Under the pieces are notes generated by a model. It did no database searches, was not told the DNA's origin, and saw only the letters and a program-made list of their open reading frames with translations. From contig JAFZQY010000067.1 in assembly GCA_017620155.1 (NCBI GenBank), forward strand, positions 14,380-78,379: DNA of 64,000 bases, read 5' to 3'. The position numbers and the translations under genes were made by a program. Below are positions 1-8,284 of this stretch, one piece after another (the first letter of the stretch is position 1; the number at the start of each line of letters is the position of its first letter). This DNA is from Lachnospiraceae bacterium. GTDB lineage: Bacteria > Bacillota > Clostridia > Lachnospirales > Lachnospiraceae.

Positions 1-669
1 TGAAGCCTGAATGCCTTCGGTTGCGGAATCGGCGGGGATTCCTTCGCCGAGAGTAAGTGCTCTGTAAGCCTTCTCAACACGGTCGTAGTTGTTATCCCTG
101 TCCATTGCATAGTATCTGCCGTGAACGGTTGCAACTTCGCCGACACCGATCTTCTTCATCTCGGCTTCAAGTTCCTCGACATAGCCCTTGCCCGATGCCG
201 GAGGGGTGTCGCGTCCGTCTAAGAAGCAGTGAACATATACCTTCTCAAGGCCGTTTCTCTTGCAAAGCTCGAGAAGACCGTAGAGATGCGTATTATGTGA
301 GTGAACGCCGCCGTCAGATACAAGTCCGTACATATGGAAAGCGGAATTGTTCTTCTTGCAGTTATTAACCGCTTCCATCAGCGCTTCGTTCTCGAAGAAT
401 GTTCCGTCCTGGATCTCCTTGGTGATACGCGTAAGCTCCTGATATACGATACGGCCGGCGCCCATATTGAGGTGCCCTACCTCGGAGTTACCCATCTGTC
501 CGTCGGGAAGTCCGACAGCCATGCCGCTTGCATATCCTTTTACAAAAGGACACTCTGCCATCAGCTTGTCCATAACGGGGGTGTTGGCCTCCGCTATCGC
601 GTTGTGCTCCTTGATATCGCTTAATCCGTATCCGTCCAGGATCATCAAAACCTTAAGATCTTTGCTCAT
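1..669 (-). CDS. gpmI: 2,3-bisphosphoglycerate-independent phosphoglycerate mutase (N-terminal part; runs off window start)
   Basis: Not in the ORF track. Manual translation from ATG at 669 gives [15 protein letters not shown]...[21 protein letters not shown], the iPGM signature. SD GAGGAG upstream. Confidence 0.95.
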   Translation of the reverse strand, partial: MSKDLKVLMILDGYGLSDIKEHNAIAEANTPVMDKLMAECPFVKGYASGMAVGLPDGQMGNSEVGHLNMGAGRIVYQELTRITKEIQDGTFFENEALMEAVNNCKKNNSAFHMYGLVSDGGVHSHNTHLYGLLELCKRNGLEKVYVHCFLDGRDTPPASGKGYVEELEAEMKKIGVGEVATVHGRYYAMDRDNNYDRVEKAYRALTLGEGIPADSATEGIQAS

Positions 670-868
670 AATACAATCTCCTCGAAATTTAATAGTAAAA
701 AACTAATCGCAAAAAAATAATAAAAGGAATTAATTGAAATATGTAAAATACATAAACCATGAAAAACACAGCCACTACATAATTTATCACAAGTGCCGAT
801 TATTATCAATAAAATCGGCCTTCGGGTGAGGGCAAAAGAGCCCATTAGTTAAGCCGATCGATGTCCTC

Positions 869-1780
869 TCAGATGGACATCGAATCGAAGAAGGAATCCC
901 CGCCGGAGGATATGTCGTACCTGATCAGAAACGACTTGCAGAGGGTGTGTTTTTCGCCCATATCCTTAAGCATGACCTCTTTGGATGCGGGATCTATGCA
1001 CCCGCAGTCTCCGAGCAGCTTATAATAGTCTTCCTCATCGCCGTGCTCGTTTAATACGACTATCCAGGAATCGGGGTTCTGCGTCCCCGCACGGTGCTCA
1101 TATATGTACGATACAAGCGCCTTCCTCAGATCTTCGTTCAGCATATGGTCATGTAGTAGACGTACCATGCAGAGCCTGATCTTACGCTGCCTTCGGCGCG
1201 ACAGATAGGCATCCAGAGAGTTATCCCTGCCTTCATAGTCCTCTTCCCCGCAGGCGAGGAGCGCACTGAAGCCCTCTTCGTCGGGTTCGTCCATGATAGC
1301 CTTAAGTCGCATGTCCCATTTGCCGTACCAGTCGGCAGATCCCGCGCTAGTTAAGTCAAAAAGAAACCTGTCCTCCATGAGCCTGATCGATGCCGCCAGC
1401 AGAAAGCCCGTATCGGTCACCGCTTCCGAGCCGTCTTTTTCACGCAGTTCCACGCACTCTAAGTTCACGCAGTCCTTGAACGCGCCGTTCGAGACCGATA
1501 TGTCCCTGTGTATGGATATCGTATTAAGCGCTCTGCAGCCCGCAAAAGCCCATTCATCTATCCTGATCACGGAATCGGGAACCAGTATCTGTCTGATGTT
1601 CTTATCCGAGAGAAAAGCCTTCCTGCCGATATATGCGACCGGAACCTCTTTATCTGCGCAGTTTACTGAAGCCGGAATGTTTATCTCTACATCCCGGCCT
1701 CTGTGCGTGCTGATCCCAGCCTCATTTTCGGATATGTTCAGCCCCAGAACGCCCGAGGCCGTGTCTATCTCAATATACAT
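869..1780 (-). CDS. BspA-type leucine-rich-repeat protein with uncharacterised helical C-terminus
   Basis: LRR_5-like repeats IGRKAF..IRQILVPDSVIRIDEWAFAGCRAL..GAFKDCVNL; no obvious signal peptide. Confidence 0.75.
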   Translation of the reverse strand: MYIEIDTASGVLGLNISENEAGISTHRGRDVEINIPASVNCADKEVPVAYIGRKAFLSDKNIRQILVPDSVIRIDEWAFAGCRALNTISIHRDISVSNGAFKDCVNLECVELREKDGSEAVTDTGFLLAASIRLMEDRFLFDLTSAGSADWYGKWDMRLKAIMDEPDEEGFSALLACGEEDYEGRDNSLDAYLSRRRQRKIRLCMVRLLHDHMLNEDLRKALVSYIYEHRAGTQNPDSWIVVLNEHGDEEDYYKLLGDCGCIDPASKEVMLKDMGEKHTLCKSFLIRYDISSGGDSFFDSMSI

Positions 1781-1810
1781 GGCTTCCTTTTCCCGGTGCC
1801 AGGCACCGAT

Positions 1811-3307
1811 TTAGAGGTTCAGTGCTTCTATGCGCTTAGTCAGCTGCTCCGTGGGATCTCCGGTCATCAGGCGGCTGCTGAGTTCCACATACCTGTCGTG
1901 TCCGAACTGTGATATGTATGAAGCCGCATCGTGGTCCACGGTAAGCGTCGTAAGAAGAAGGACCAGTTCGCTGCCTTCTCCGAATGCATTTATGCAGAAG
2001 TCGAATATGTGATCCATCATCGACGATATAGATGCCACCTGCTGCTGCAGCGCGCTCTTCCGCGCATTGAACATCTCCTCTGCAGGCGCAAACTTAGCGG
2101 TCCTGTCACCGGAAGCTGCGTCAACCTGAGACGAAGCATCTTTCAGAAAAGCGAGCACCGCCTTGTCGATCCTCTTATCCCTGTCAGAGTATGCACCTGA
2201 CGACTTTCGCGACTCTATCAGAGTCTGTCTTGCGGCGCAGATATTCTTCATCATGTCTTCGACCGGGTCAATTCCTCCCTTCACGGCCTTGAGGGATCCG
2301 AAAAGCTGCTTTAAGATGTCCGAACTCTCGGTAACATTCTTGATCTCGCCCAGGATACGGTCGCTGAATATGCCTGTAAGAGACAGTCTCTCGTCAAAAT
2401 GAGCCTTGCGCGCCTTATCAACAGACTGCTCGGAAGCGCGGCCCTCGACGATATCCTCGAGGCAGTATTCGGATACATATCTCAGATACAGATCGTAATA
2501 AGCCGTAAACTCACGGACTATGCGGTCATTGCGCAGGTACTGCCCCACGAGGCCTTCATCGACCTTAAGCCCCTTCTCCTCATAAAGCTTAAGTATCTGG
2601 GACAGGTCTTCCCAGCCCCTCGCGGTCACATATCCGCGGCCTCTGACTGTGGTATCTATCTGATAGAAATCGTCTTTATTGATCTCGAGATAACCCAGGA
2701 TAGCTCCGTGGAGCCTCTTATCGGTCGCATATTCCTTCCAGACCGAATAATCGGCCTCGACCTCCATCAGCTTCATTCTGTCATAGGTCACGACATCAAA
2801 CTCTCGGACTGATTTGTTATATTCCGGGGGATTGCCGGCGGTCACTATGACCCAGCCCTCGGGCACGCTGTATCTGCCGAAGACCTTAAACTGCAGAAAC
2901 TGCAGCATCGCGGGCCCTAACGTCTCAGATACGCAGTTGATCTCATCCAGGAAAAGGATGCCCTCTCTTATGCCGCTCTTTTCCATGACCTCATATATGG
3001 ATGCGATGATCTCGCTCATCGTGTACTCGGATACATCCACCTCCATTCCGGCATAGTTCTTATGGACTATGAACGGAAGTCCGAGCGCGGACTGCCTGGT
3101 ATGGTGGGTCATCGAATAATCTACGAGTGCGAGCCCGAGTTCAGATGCGATCTGCTCCATGATGGCGGTCTTGCCGACTCCGGGGGATCCCAAAAGGAAT
3201 ACGGGGCGCTGCCTTACGACAGGGATACGGTACTCGCCGTATTCATCCTTCATGAGATAGAGGCTGACTATGTCTTTGATATATTTTTTCGCTTGTTTGA
3301 TGTTCAT
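1811..3307 (-). CDS. MoxR-like AAA+ ATPase
   Basis: Walker A GSPGVGKT, Walker B ILFLDEIN, sensor TAGNPP, TARGW motif; helical C-terminus. Confidence 0.85.
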   Translation of the reverse strand: MNIKQAKKYIKDIVSLYLMKDEYGEYRIPVVRQRPVFLLGSPGVGKTAIMEQIASELGLALVDYSMTHHTRQSALGLPFIVHKNYAGMEVDVSEYTMSEIIASIYEVMEKSGIREGILFLDEINCVSETLGPAMLQFLQFKVFGRYSVPEGWVIVTAGNPPEYNKSVREFDVVTYDRMKLMEVEADYSVWKEYATDKRLHGAILGYLEINKDDFYQIDTTVRGRGYVTARGWEDLSQILKLYEEKGLKVDEGLVGQYLRNDRIVREFTAYYDLYLRYVSEYCLEDIVEGRASEQSVDKARKAHFDERLSLTGIFSDRILGEIKNVTESSDILKQLFGSLKAVKGGIDPVEDMMKNICAARQTLIESRKSSGAYSDRDKRIDKAVLAFLKDASSQVDAASGDRTAKFAPAEEMFNARKSALQQQVASISSMMDHIFDFCINAFGEGSELVLLLTTLTVDHDAASYISQFGHDRYVELSSRLMTGDPTEQLTKRIEALNL

Positions 3308-3308
3308 G

Positions 3309-3424
3309 GCATAAAATAATGGATTATTTTTGCATATGTTCGGAAATACATGGATGTATTTCCATATGAAATTAATGGATTAATTTAACACATGTTCGGA
3401 AATGCATGGATGCATTTCCATGTG
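3309..3424. repeat. Two ~56-bp tandem units containing four AT-GG-AT-centred palindromes (REP/BIME-like)
   Basis: AAAATAAT-GG-ATTATTTT (3313-3330), GGAAATACAT-GG-ATGTATTTCC (3342-3363), AAATTAAT-GG-ATTAATTT (3369-3386), GGAAATGCAT-GG-ATGCATTTCC (3398-3419). Confidence 0.85.
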
Positions 3425-3444
3425 TAAGTATATCATAAAACAAT

Positions 3445-3475
3445 AAAAAAGAGGCGCCGCATAAGCGACGCCTCC
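3445..3475 (-). terminator. Intrinsic terminator of the sugar ABC operon
   Basis: Minus strand GAGGCGTCGC-TTAT-GCGGCGCCTC followed by TTTTTT, about 50 nt after the SBP stop. Confidence 0.85.
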
Positions 3476-3525
3476 GTATAGTAACTGTTTGTTGTTGTTA
3501 GTCACAGATCAATTGATACTGTGAA

Positions 3526-5115
3526 TTACTTCCATGCATCGTACTGAGCAGTGAACTCAGCGATAACATCCTGGTAACCAGCCTCGTCAAGAGCTGCCTG
3601 ATAGTCCTCGATAGTGGACTCAACATCAGCTGCTGCTACACCACCGTTCTCAAGGATGAATCCGTACTCATCGAATACGTTCATGCAAGCGGTGTACTGT
3701 GCCTCAACGGGTGAAGGATCGAAACGGAAACCAGCTGCAGGTGAAGTCTTAGCACCGCCGTTGAAATCCTTGTAAAGCTCAGCCTTGTTGTCAGGCTCGT
3801 TTGACAGAGGAGTTACGATTGTAGCGGAAGCTGACTCCCACATGGAGTGATTGTACTTCTCGGAAGTCTGGTCTACATGACCGTTTGCATCGTAGGTGAA
3901 GTCCTCACCCTCGATACCGAATGTGTACATATCAGCAAGAGTGCTGTCTGTGTACATAAGACCAAGGAAGTCTACACAAGCCTTAGCCTGCTCAGGAGTA
4001 GAAGTTGCGGTTACGCAGTAGCAAGAACCAAGTGCAGAAGTGCTGTGTGCCCATCTGTCGGTTGCAGGCTGCATTGTAACGTCCTGGCCGTAACGAGAAT
4101 CTGCCTCGTCGTTAACCGGGATGTCTGTCCACCATGAAACAGCCCAATCCTGAGTCTGAGTAGTAGTATCGGTAGTAGTCTTTGTTACGTCATCTTCTGA
4201 GATGTAACCTTTCTCAGCCCACTCAGCCATAAGAGTACAGAACTCTTTGTACTGAGGAGTAAGAACGGTGTCAACAACCTCGTTGGTCTTCTTGTCAACA
4301 GCTACGAAGTTTGAAGAAGCGTTAGCTGTGAAGAAATCGAAGTCATTGATGTACCATCTGTAGAACATAGCTGTCTTCTGAGTAAGGAAAGGATACTTAA
4401 GGCCTGCATCTGCTGCATCAGCAAGCATGGGCTCAAGGTCCTTGAGTTCCTTAACGGAGGTGATGTCCCATCCGTACTCGTCGATCAGATCCTGACGGAA
4501 CATGAAGTCATAACCTTCAACGTTGTCCTTGTATACAGGAACGAAGTAGTTCTTTCCATCATACTTGGAAGCTTCCCACTGACCTTCGTCCATAGAAGCG
4601 TAAAGGTCTGTGCCGGGAAGAAGATCAGTAAGATCATATACTGCGTTAGCAGGTACAAGATCGTTAGTACCGATGGTGCCTTCCCATGAAGCAGTCCAAA
4701 GAAGGTTGATCTCGTTAGATGCAAGAGCAAGGTTAGCCTTCTCTGTGTACTCACCGGAACCGATATCGGTAAGCTTGATCTGAACGTTGATCTTATCTTT
4801 GATGTAATCGTTGATAGCGTCCTGAACCTTAGCTACCTGAGCTTCATCAGGAGATGCAAGGTTGAATGTACATCTGTAAACGCTGATCTCAACTGTGTCG
4901 CCTGAAGCTGCGTCTGTAGCTGCATCTGTTGCTGCATCAGCAACTTCTTCAACAGCGTCAGTAGCTGCATCAGCTACTTCTTCAACAGCCTCAGTAGCTG
5001 TGTCTGCTGCTGTCTGTACTGCTTCCTCAGCAGCGCCACAGCCAGCAAGTGTGCCCATCATCATAGCTGCAACAAGAGCTGTAGCTACGACCTTAGATGT
5101 GGTCTTTCTTTTCAT
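3526..5115 (-). CDS. Carbohydrate ABC transporter substrate-binding lipoprotein (DUF3502-type C-terminus)
   Basis: Start reassigned to ATG 5115 (MKRKTTSK, SD GGAGGT). Lipobox LAGC. C-terminal GFRFDPSPV...AGYQDVIAEFTAQYDAWK. Confidence 0.9.
   Translation of the reverse strand: MKRKTTSKVVATALVAAMMMGTLAGCGAAEEAVQTAADTATEAVEEVADAATDAVEEVADAATDAATDAASGDTVEISVYRCTFNLASPDEAQVAKVQDAINDYIKDKINVQIKLTDIGSGEYTEKANLALASNEINLLWTASWEGTIGTNDLVPANAVYDLTDLLPGTDLYASMDEGQWEASKYDGKNYFVPVYKDNVEGYDFMFRQDLIDEYGWDITSVKELKDLEPMLADAADAGLKYPFLTQKTAMFYRWYINDFDFFTANASSNFVAVDKKTNEVVDTVLTPQYKEFCTLMAEWAEKGYISEDDVTKTTTDTTTQTQDWAVSWWTDIPVNDEADSRYGQDVTMQPATDRWAHSTSALGSCYCVTATSTPEQAKACVDFLGLMYTDSTLADMYTFGIEGEDFTYDANGHVDQTSEKYNHSMWESASATIVTPLSNEPDNKAELYKDFNGGAKTSPAAGFRFDPSPVEAQYTACMNVFDEYGFILENGGVAAADVESTIEDYQAALDEAGYQDVIAEFTAQYDAWK
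4905..5030 (-). repeat. Coding tandem repeats (33-bp period, EAVEEVADAAT) in the SBP N-terminal linker
   Basis: AADTATEAVEEVADAATDAVEEVADAATDAATDAA follows the lipidated Cys. Confidence 0.8.
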
Positions 5116-5197
5116 ATTAGGTTTTACCTCCCGTGTTTCGTATCCCGCCCAAAGCGGAATCACAACAGTTACTATATGTTAATCGCACGAATGCGGA

Positions 5198-6124
5198 TCA
5201 ACCTTTGACTGAACCTACCGTCAGACCCTTTACGAAGTACTTCTGGAAGAAAGGATATGCGATGATGATAGGTCCTACTACGACGAGCACCGTGGACATC
5301 GTAGCTGAATACTGAGGTACGGATCCTCCCAGGGCTGCAAGAACCTGAGCAGGGAGACTCTTGTTATTAAGAAGCATCTCTATGGACTTCTGGATATTGA
5401 TAAGAAGTAACTGCAGGGGCTTCTTGTTTGCGGAGTCGATGTAGAGCAGGGCGTTCTGCCAGTCGTTCCAGTATGCTGTTGCCATCATGAAACCTACGGC
5501 TGCAAGTGAAGGCTTAAGCAGAGGAAGCGTGATCTGGAAGAATGTTCTGTACTCTCCCGCACCGTCTATCTTAGCGGCTTCCATAAGCTCATTCGGGATC
5601 GAATTGGCTATGTAAGTCCTTAAGATGATAACATTCATGGTAGTCACACACAACGGCAATATCAACAAAAGAAGTGAGTCCTTAAGATGATAGTTCTGTG
5701 TGAATATGATATATCCCGAAAGCTGTCCTCCATTGAAGAGCATGGGGATGATCAGGAATATGCTCAGGAACTTGGATAAGTAGAACTCTCTGCGGCTGAT
5801 AGCGTATGCGTACATACTCATGATGAACAGACCGAGGAAAGTACCTACTACGGTAACGAATATCGTTACACCGTAAGAAACTGCAAGCTGCTTGCCGTAG
5901 CGGAGCACTGAGTTCATACCTACCATTGACCACTCACCCGGCCAGAATGAGAAGCCGTTAACGGTGAGCCATTTTTCATCGGTAAATGCGGAAACTATGG
6001 TAAGCCATATGGGAGCCGCACAGAATACCGTGTATGCCAGAAGAAGTATCAGAAGTATTATCTGACCTATTCCGAGTTTTTCCTTTTTGGAAGGAGCAAG
6101 ATCTAAATTCTTATTCTTAGCCAT
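5198..6124 (-). CDS. Carbohydrate ABC transporter permease (MalG/LplC type)
   Basis: EAA loop ELMEAAKIDGA; C-terminal YPFFQKYFVKGLTVGSVKG. Confidence 0.92.
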   Translation of the reverse strand: MAKNKNLDLAPSKKEKLGIGQIILLILLLAYTVFCAAPIWLTIVSAFTDEKWLTVNGFSFWPGEWSMVGMNSVLRYGKQLAVSYGVTIFVTVVGTFLGLFIMSMYAYAISRREFYLSKFLSIFLIIPMLFNGGQLSGYIIFTQNYHLKDSLLLLILPLCVTTMNVIILRTYIANSIPNELMEAAKIDGAGEYRTFFQITLPLLKPSLAAVGFMMATAYWNDWQNALLYIDSANKKPLQLLLINIQKSIEMLLNNKSLPAQVLAALGGSVPQYSATMSTVLVVVGPIIIAYPFFQKYFVKGLTVGSVKG

Positions 6125-6139
6125 CTTAGTCTCCTCCTA

Positions 6140-7051
6140 TCAGAATAATGAGTTCTCGGGCGAAATTTTCCGCACCAGACCATTAGACAAAAGCATCATC
6201 AAGAGCCCCACGACAGACTGGAAGAACGATGTCGCCGCAGTGAAACCGAAGTTCGAGTTCTTGAAGATCGCATTCAGCACGTAGGAATCGATAACCTGTG
6301 TTGTTGAATACAGACCGCCCGAGTTTCTCGTAACCTGGTAGAAAAGACCTGTATCGGATCTCATGATGTTACCAACCGAAAGAAGCAGCATAACGGTGAT
6401 CATGGGGATCAGTGAAGGCAATGTGATATGCCAGATCTGTCTCCACTTGTTCGCGCCGTCGATCTGAGCAGCTTCATAAAGCTCGGTATCGATACCGGCA
6501 AGTACGGACATATAAAGAACCGATCCGTATCCGACGCTGTTCCACATCTTAACGATGGTCAGTATCGTAGGCCATGTACCTGCCGTGGAGTAGAACCTCG
6601 TCTTGATTCCGAACATGGATACGAGGATACCGGTGCTGCTGTTTAAGAATGCATATACGATGAACTGAACTGCGGCATATGAAATGAATACCGGCACGAT
6701 CATGACCGTCTGCATTACTTTTGAGCATCTCTTAAATATACACTGATCGATCGCAATTGCGAGTACTACATTCAGGAAAGTACCGAGAGCCGTGAATATC
6801 ACATAGTACATCAGTGTATTCTTGGTCATATTGATGAATGAAGCTTTGGATGCGATCAGAACCTTGAAGTTGTCAAGTCCGTTCCAGGGACTTCTCCATA
6901 TTCCCAACGTGTAGTCGAACTTCTTGAATGCCATGACAAGACCTGCCATGGGCACATAGAAGATGAAGAACAGTACCAGAAAAACAGGAAGCGCCATGAT
7001 CACATGAGCTCTGTGTTTCCAGGTGTTCTGCAAAAATGCTTTTACCTTCAT
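6140..7051 (-). CDS. Carbohydrate ABC transporter permease (MalF/LplB type)
   Basis: ELYEAAQIDGA EAA loop; start at ATG 7051 (MKVKAF) with GAGGGAGAGG upstream. Confidence 0.9.
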   Translation of the reverse strand: MKVKAFLQNTWKHRAHVIMALPVFLVLFFIFYVPMAGLVMAFKKFDYTLGIWRSPWNGLDNFKVLIASKASFINMTKNTLMYYVIFTALGTFLNVVLAIAIDQCIFKRCSKVMQTVMIVPVFISYAAVQFIVYAFLNSSTGILVSMFGIKTRFYSTAGTWPTILTIVKMWNSVGYGSVLYMSVLAGIDTELYEAAQIDGANKWRQIWHITLPSLIPMITVMLLLSVGNIMRSDTGLFYQVTRNSGGLYSTTQVIDSYVLNAIFKNSNFGFTAATSFFQSVVGLLMMLLSNGLVRKISPENSLF

Positions 7052-7120
7052 AAGTAACCTCTCCCTCAAAATAATTGCGATTTCGTTAGTAATTATTGCT
7101 ATCCCATACCAACATACATT

Positions 7121-7149
7121 AATATATCAATCTCTTGTCAATATGGCAA
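7121..7149 (-). promoter_or_regulatory. Putative sigma-A promoter of the ABC operon
   Basis: TTGCCA-N17-TATATT with extended TGn. Confidence 0.55.
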
Positions 7150-7266
7150 GTAAAAATAAGATTTATTGTTCACATTTAACAGTTGCGCGTTAAACCACCG
7201 TACACATAATTGTAAATATTTGTTCATAATTTGTTAACGATATCGTTTTCGAAATGTGAATTTTCG

Positions 7267-8280
7267 CTAAATCGGCTTCAGAGAATCGCCGTGAAAGACA
7301 TATCCCGAGATCGTACGTACGTCAACTACGGTCTTTTCGGGGTATTCTATGTGAGCTATGAGCTTATCCGCCATCTCATTCCCGAGACGTTCGGTATTCT
7401 GAACATATGTGGTAAGGGTCGGATCTAAGTATCTGGACATCTCGATCCCGTCGAAGCCGGCGATACTTATGCTGCCGGGTACGGTCATTCCGTTGCGGTA
7501 TATGCAGTTAAGGCCTCCGATCGCCGCAAAATCATCGGGAAAAAGGATGCATGTGGGCGGATCCGGCATTTTGATGAGTTTCTCCGTACGAAGGTGCGTG
7601 GACATGGTATCTCTGTATGCGGCCGCCACGATATATTCGTCCGGGATATTAAGTTCCATCTCATTGCATATATCCTTAAAGCCGCGCACTCTCTCTTCGG
7701 TAACCATGGCCTTTTCGCCATGGATATATGCTATCTTCCTGTGTCCCTGCTCGTATGCATACTTTACGAGTTCCCGTATGCCGCCGTAATTATCCGACAT
7801 GACAGCGCTGCATCCGGGATGGATGAAGTCCAGAGTCACGGTAGGGATATCGGCTTCCATCACTTCCTGTATCTGCGGATCTTCGAAATCAACGCAGACA
7901 ATGGCCACGCCGTCGAAATTACGATATTTGCAGTGTTCAAGATATGACAGTTTTCTGCCTCCGGAGTAACTGCTGTTATTCACAAAAGTAATATCATAAC
8001 CCAGCCCCTCGGCTTTTCTCTTGACGCCCTCAAGGACCTGGGCATAGAAGCCGTGGGCAAGGCCGCTCTCGGCATTGTCCTTATATATTACTCCGAGATT
8101 ATATGAATGATGTGTCTTAAGGGATCTGCTGGCAGAATTGGGGACATAACCCATCTCCAGGGCCTTGGCTTTGATCCTGGCCTTGGTTGCCGCGCCGATA
8201 TCTTTCTGATCGTTTAGTGCTTTGCTGACAGTCGCTACTGAAACACCACAGGCTGCCGATATGTCTTTGATTGAGATCAT
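7267..8280 (-). CDS. LacI-family transcriptional regulator
   Basis: N-terminal HTH SIKDISAACGVSVATVSKALN, hinge YVPNSASRSL, sugar-binding domain with SIAGFDG and PTLTT. Confidence 0.95.
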   Translation of the reverse strand: MISIKDISAACGVSVATVSKALNDQKDIGAATKARIKAKALEMGYVPNSASRSLKTHHSYNLGVIYKDNAESGLAHGFYAQVLEGVKRKAEGLGYDITFVNNSSYSGGRKLSYLEHCKYRNFDGVAIVCVDFEDPQIQEVMEADIPTVTLDFIHPGCSAVMSDNYGGIRELVKYAYEQGHRKIAYIHGEKAMVTEERVRGFKDICNEMELNIPDEYIVAAAYRDTMSTHLRTEKLIKMPDPPTCILFPDDFAAIGGLNCIYRNGMTVPGSISIAGFDGIEMSRYLDPTLTTYVQNTERLGNEMADKLIAHIEYPEKTVVDVRTISGYVFHGDSLKPI

Positions 8281-8284
8281 TGTC

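Noticed and set aside
795-860. c-di-GMP riboswitch or sigma-28 promoter upstream of gpmI (GCCGAT motifs, hairpins)
   Set aside because: No GEMM GAAA/GCAAAGC architecture and no + strand gene downstream. The inverted repeat at 795-819 lacks a U-tract, so it was left uncalled.
3385-3398. LexA box-like TAAC-ACAT-GTTC in the AAA leader
   Set aside because: One mismatch in the core, and the second unit's equivalent is worse. Better explained as part of the repeat, though not excluded.
3309-3424. Mini CRISPR array
   Set aside because: Only two units; the 'spacers' are themselves related palindromes; no cas genes in the window.
7167-7183. Rex operator-like TTGTTCACATTTAACAG
   Set aside because: Spacing is one base short of the 18-bp Rex palindrome, in an AT-rich background.
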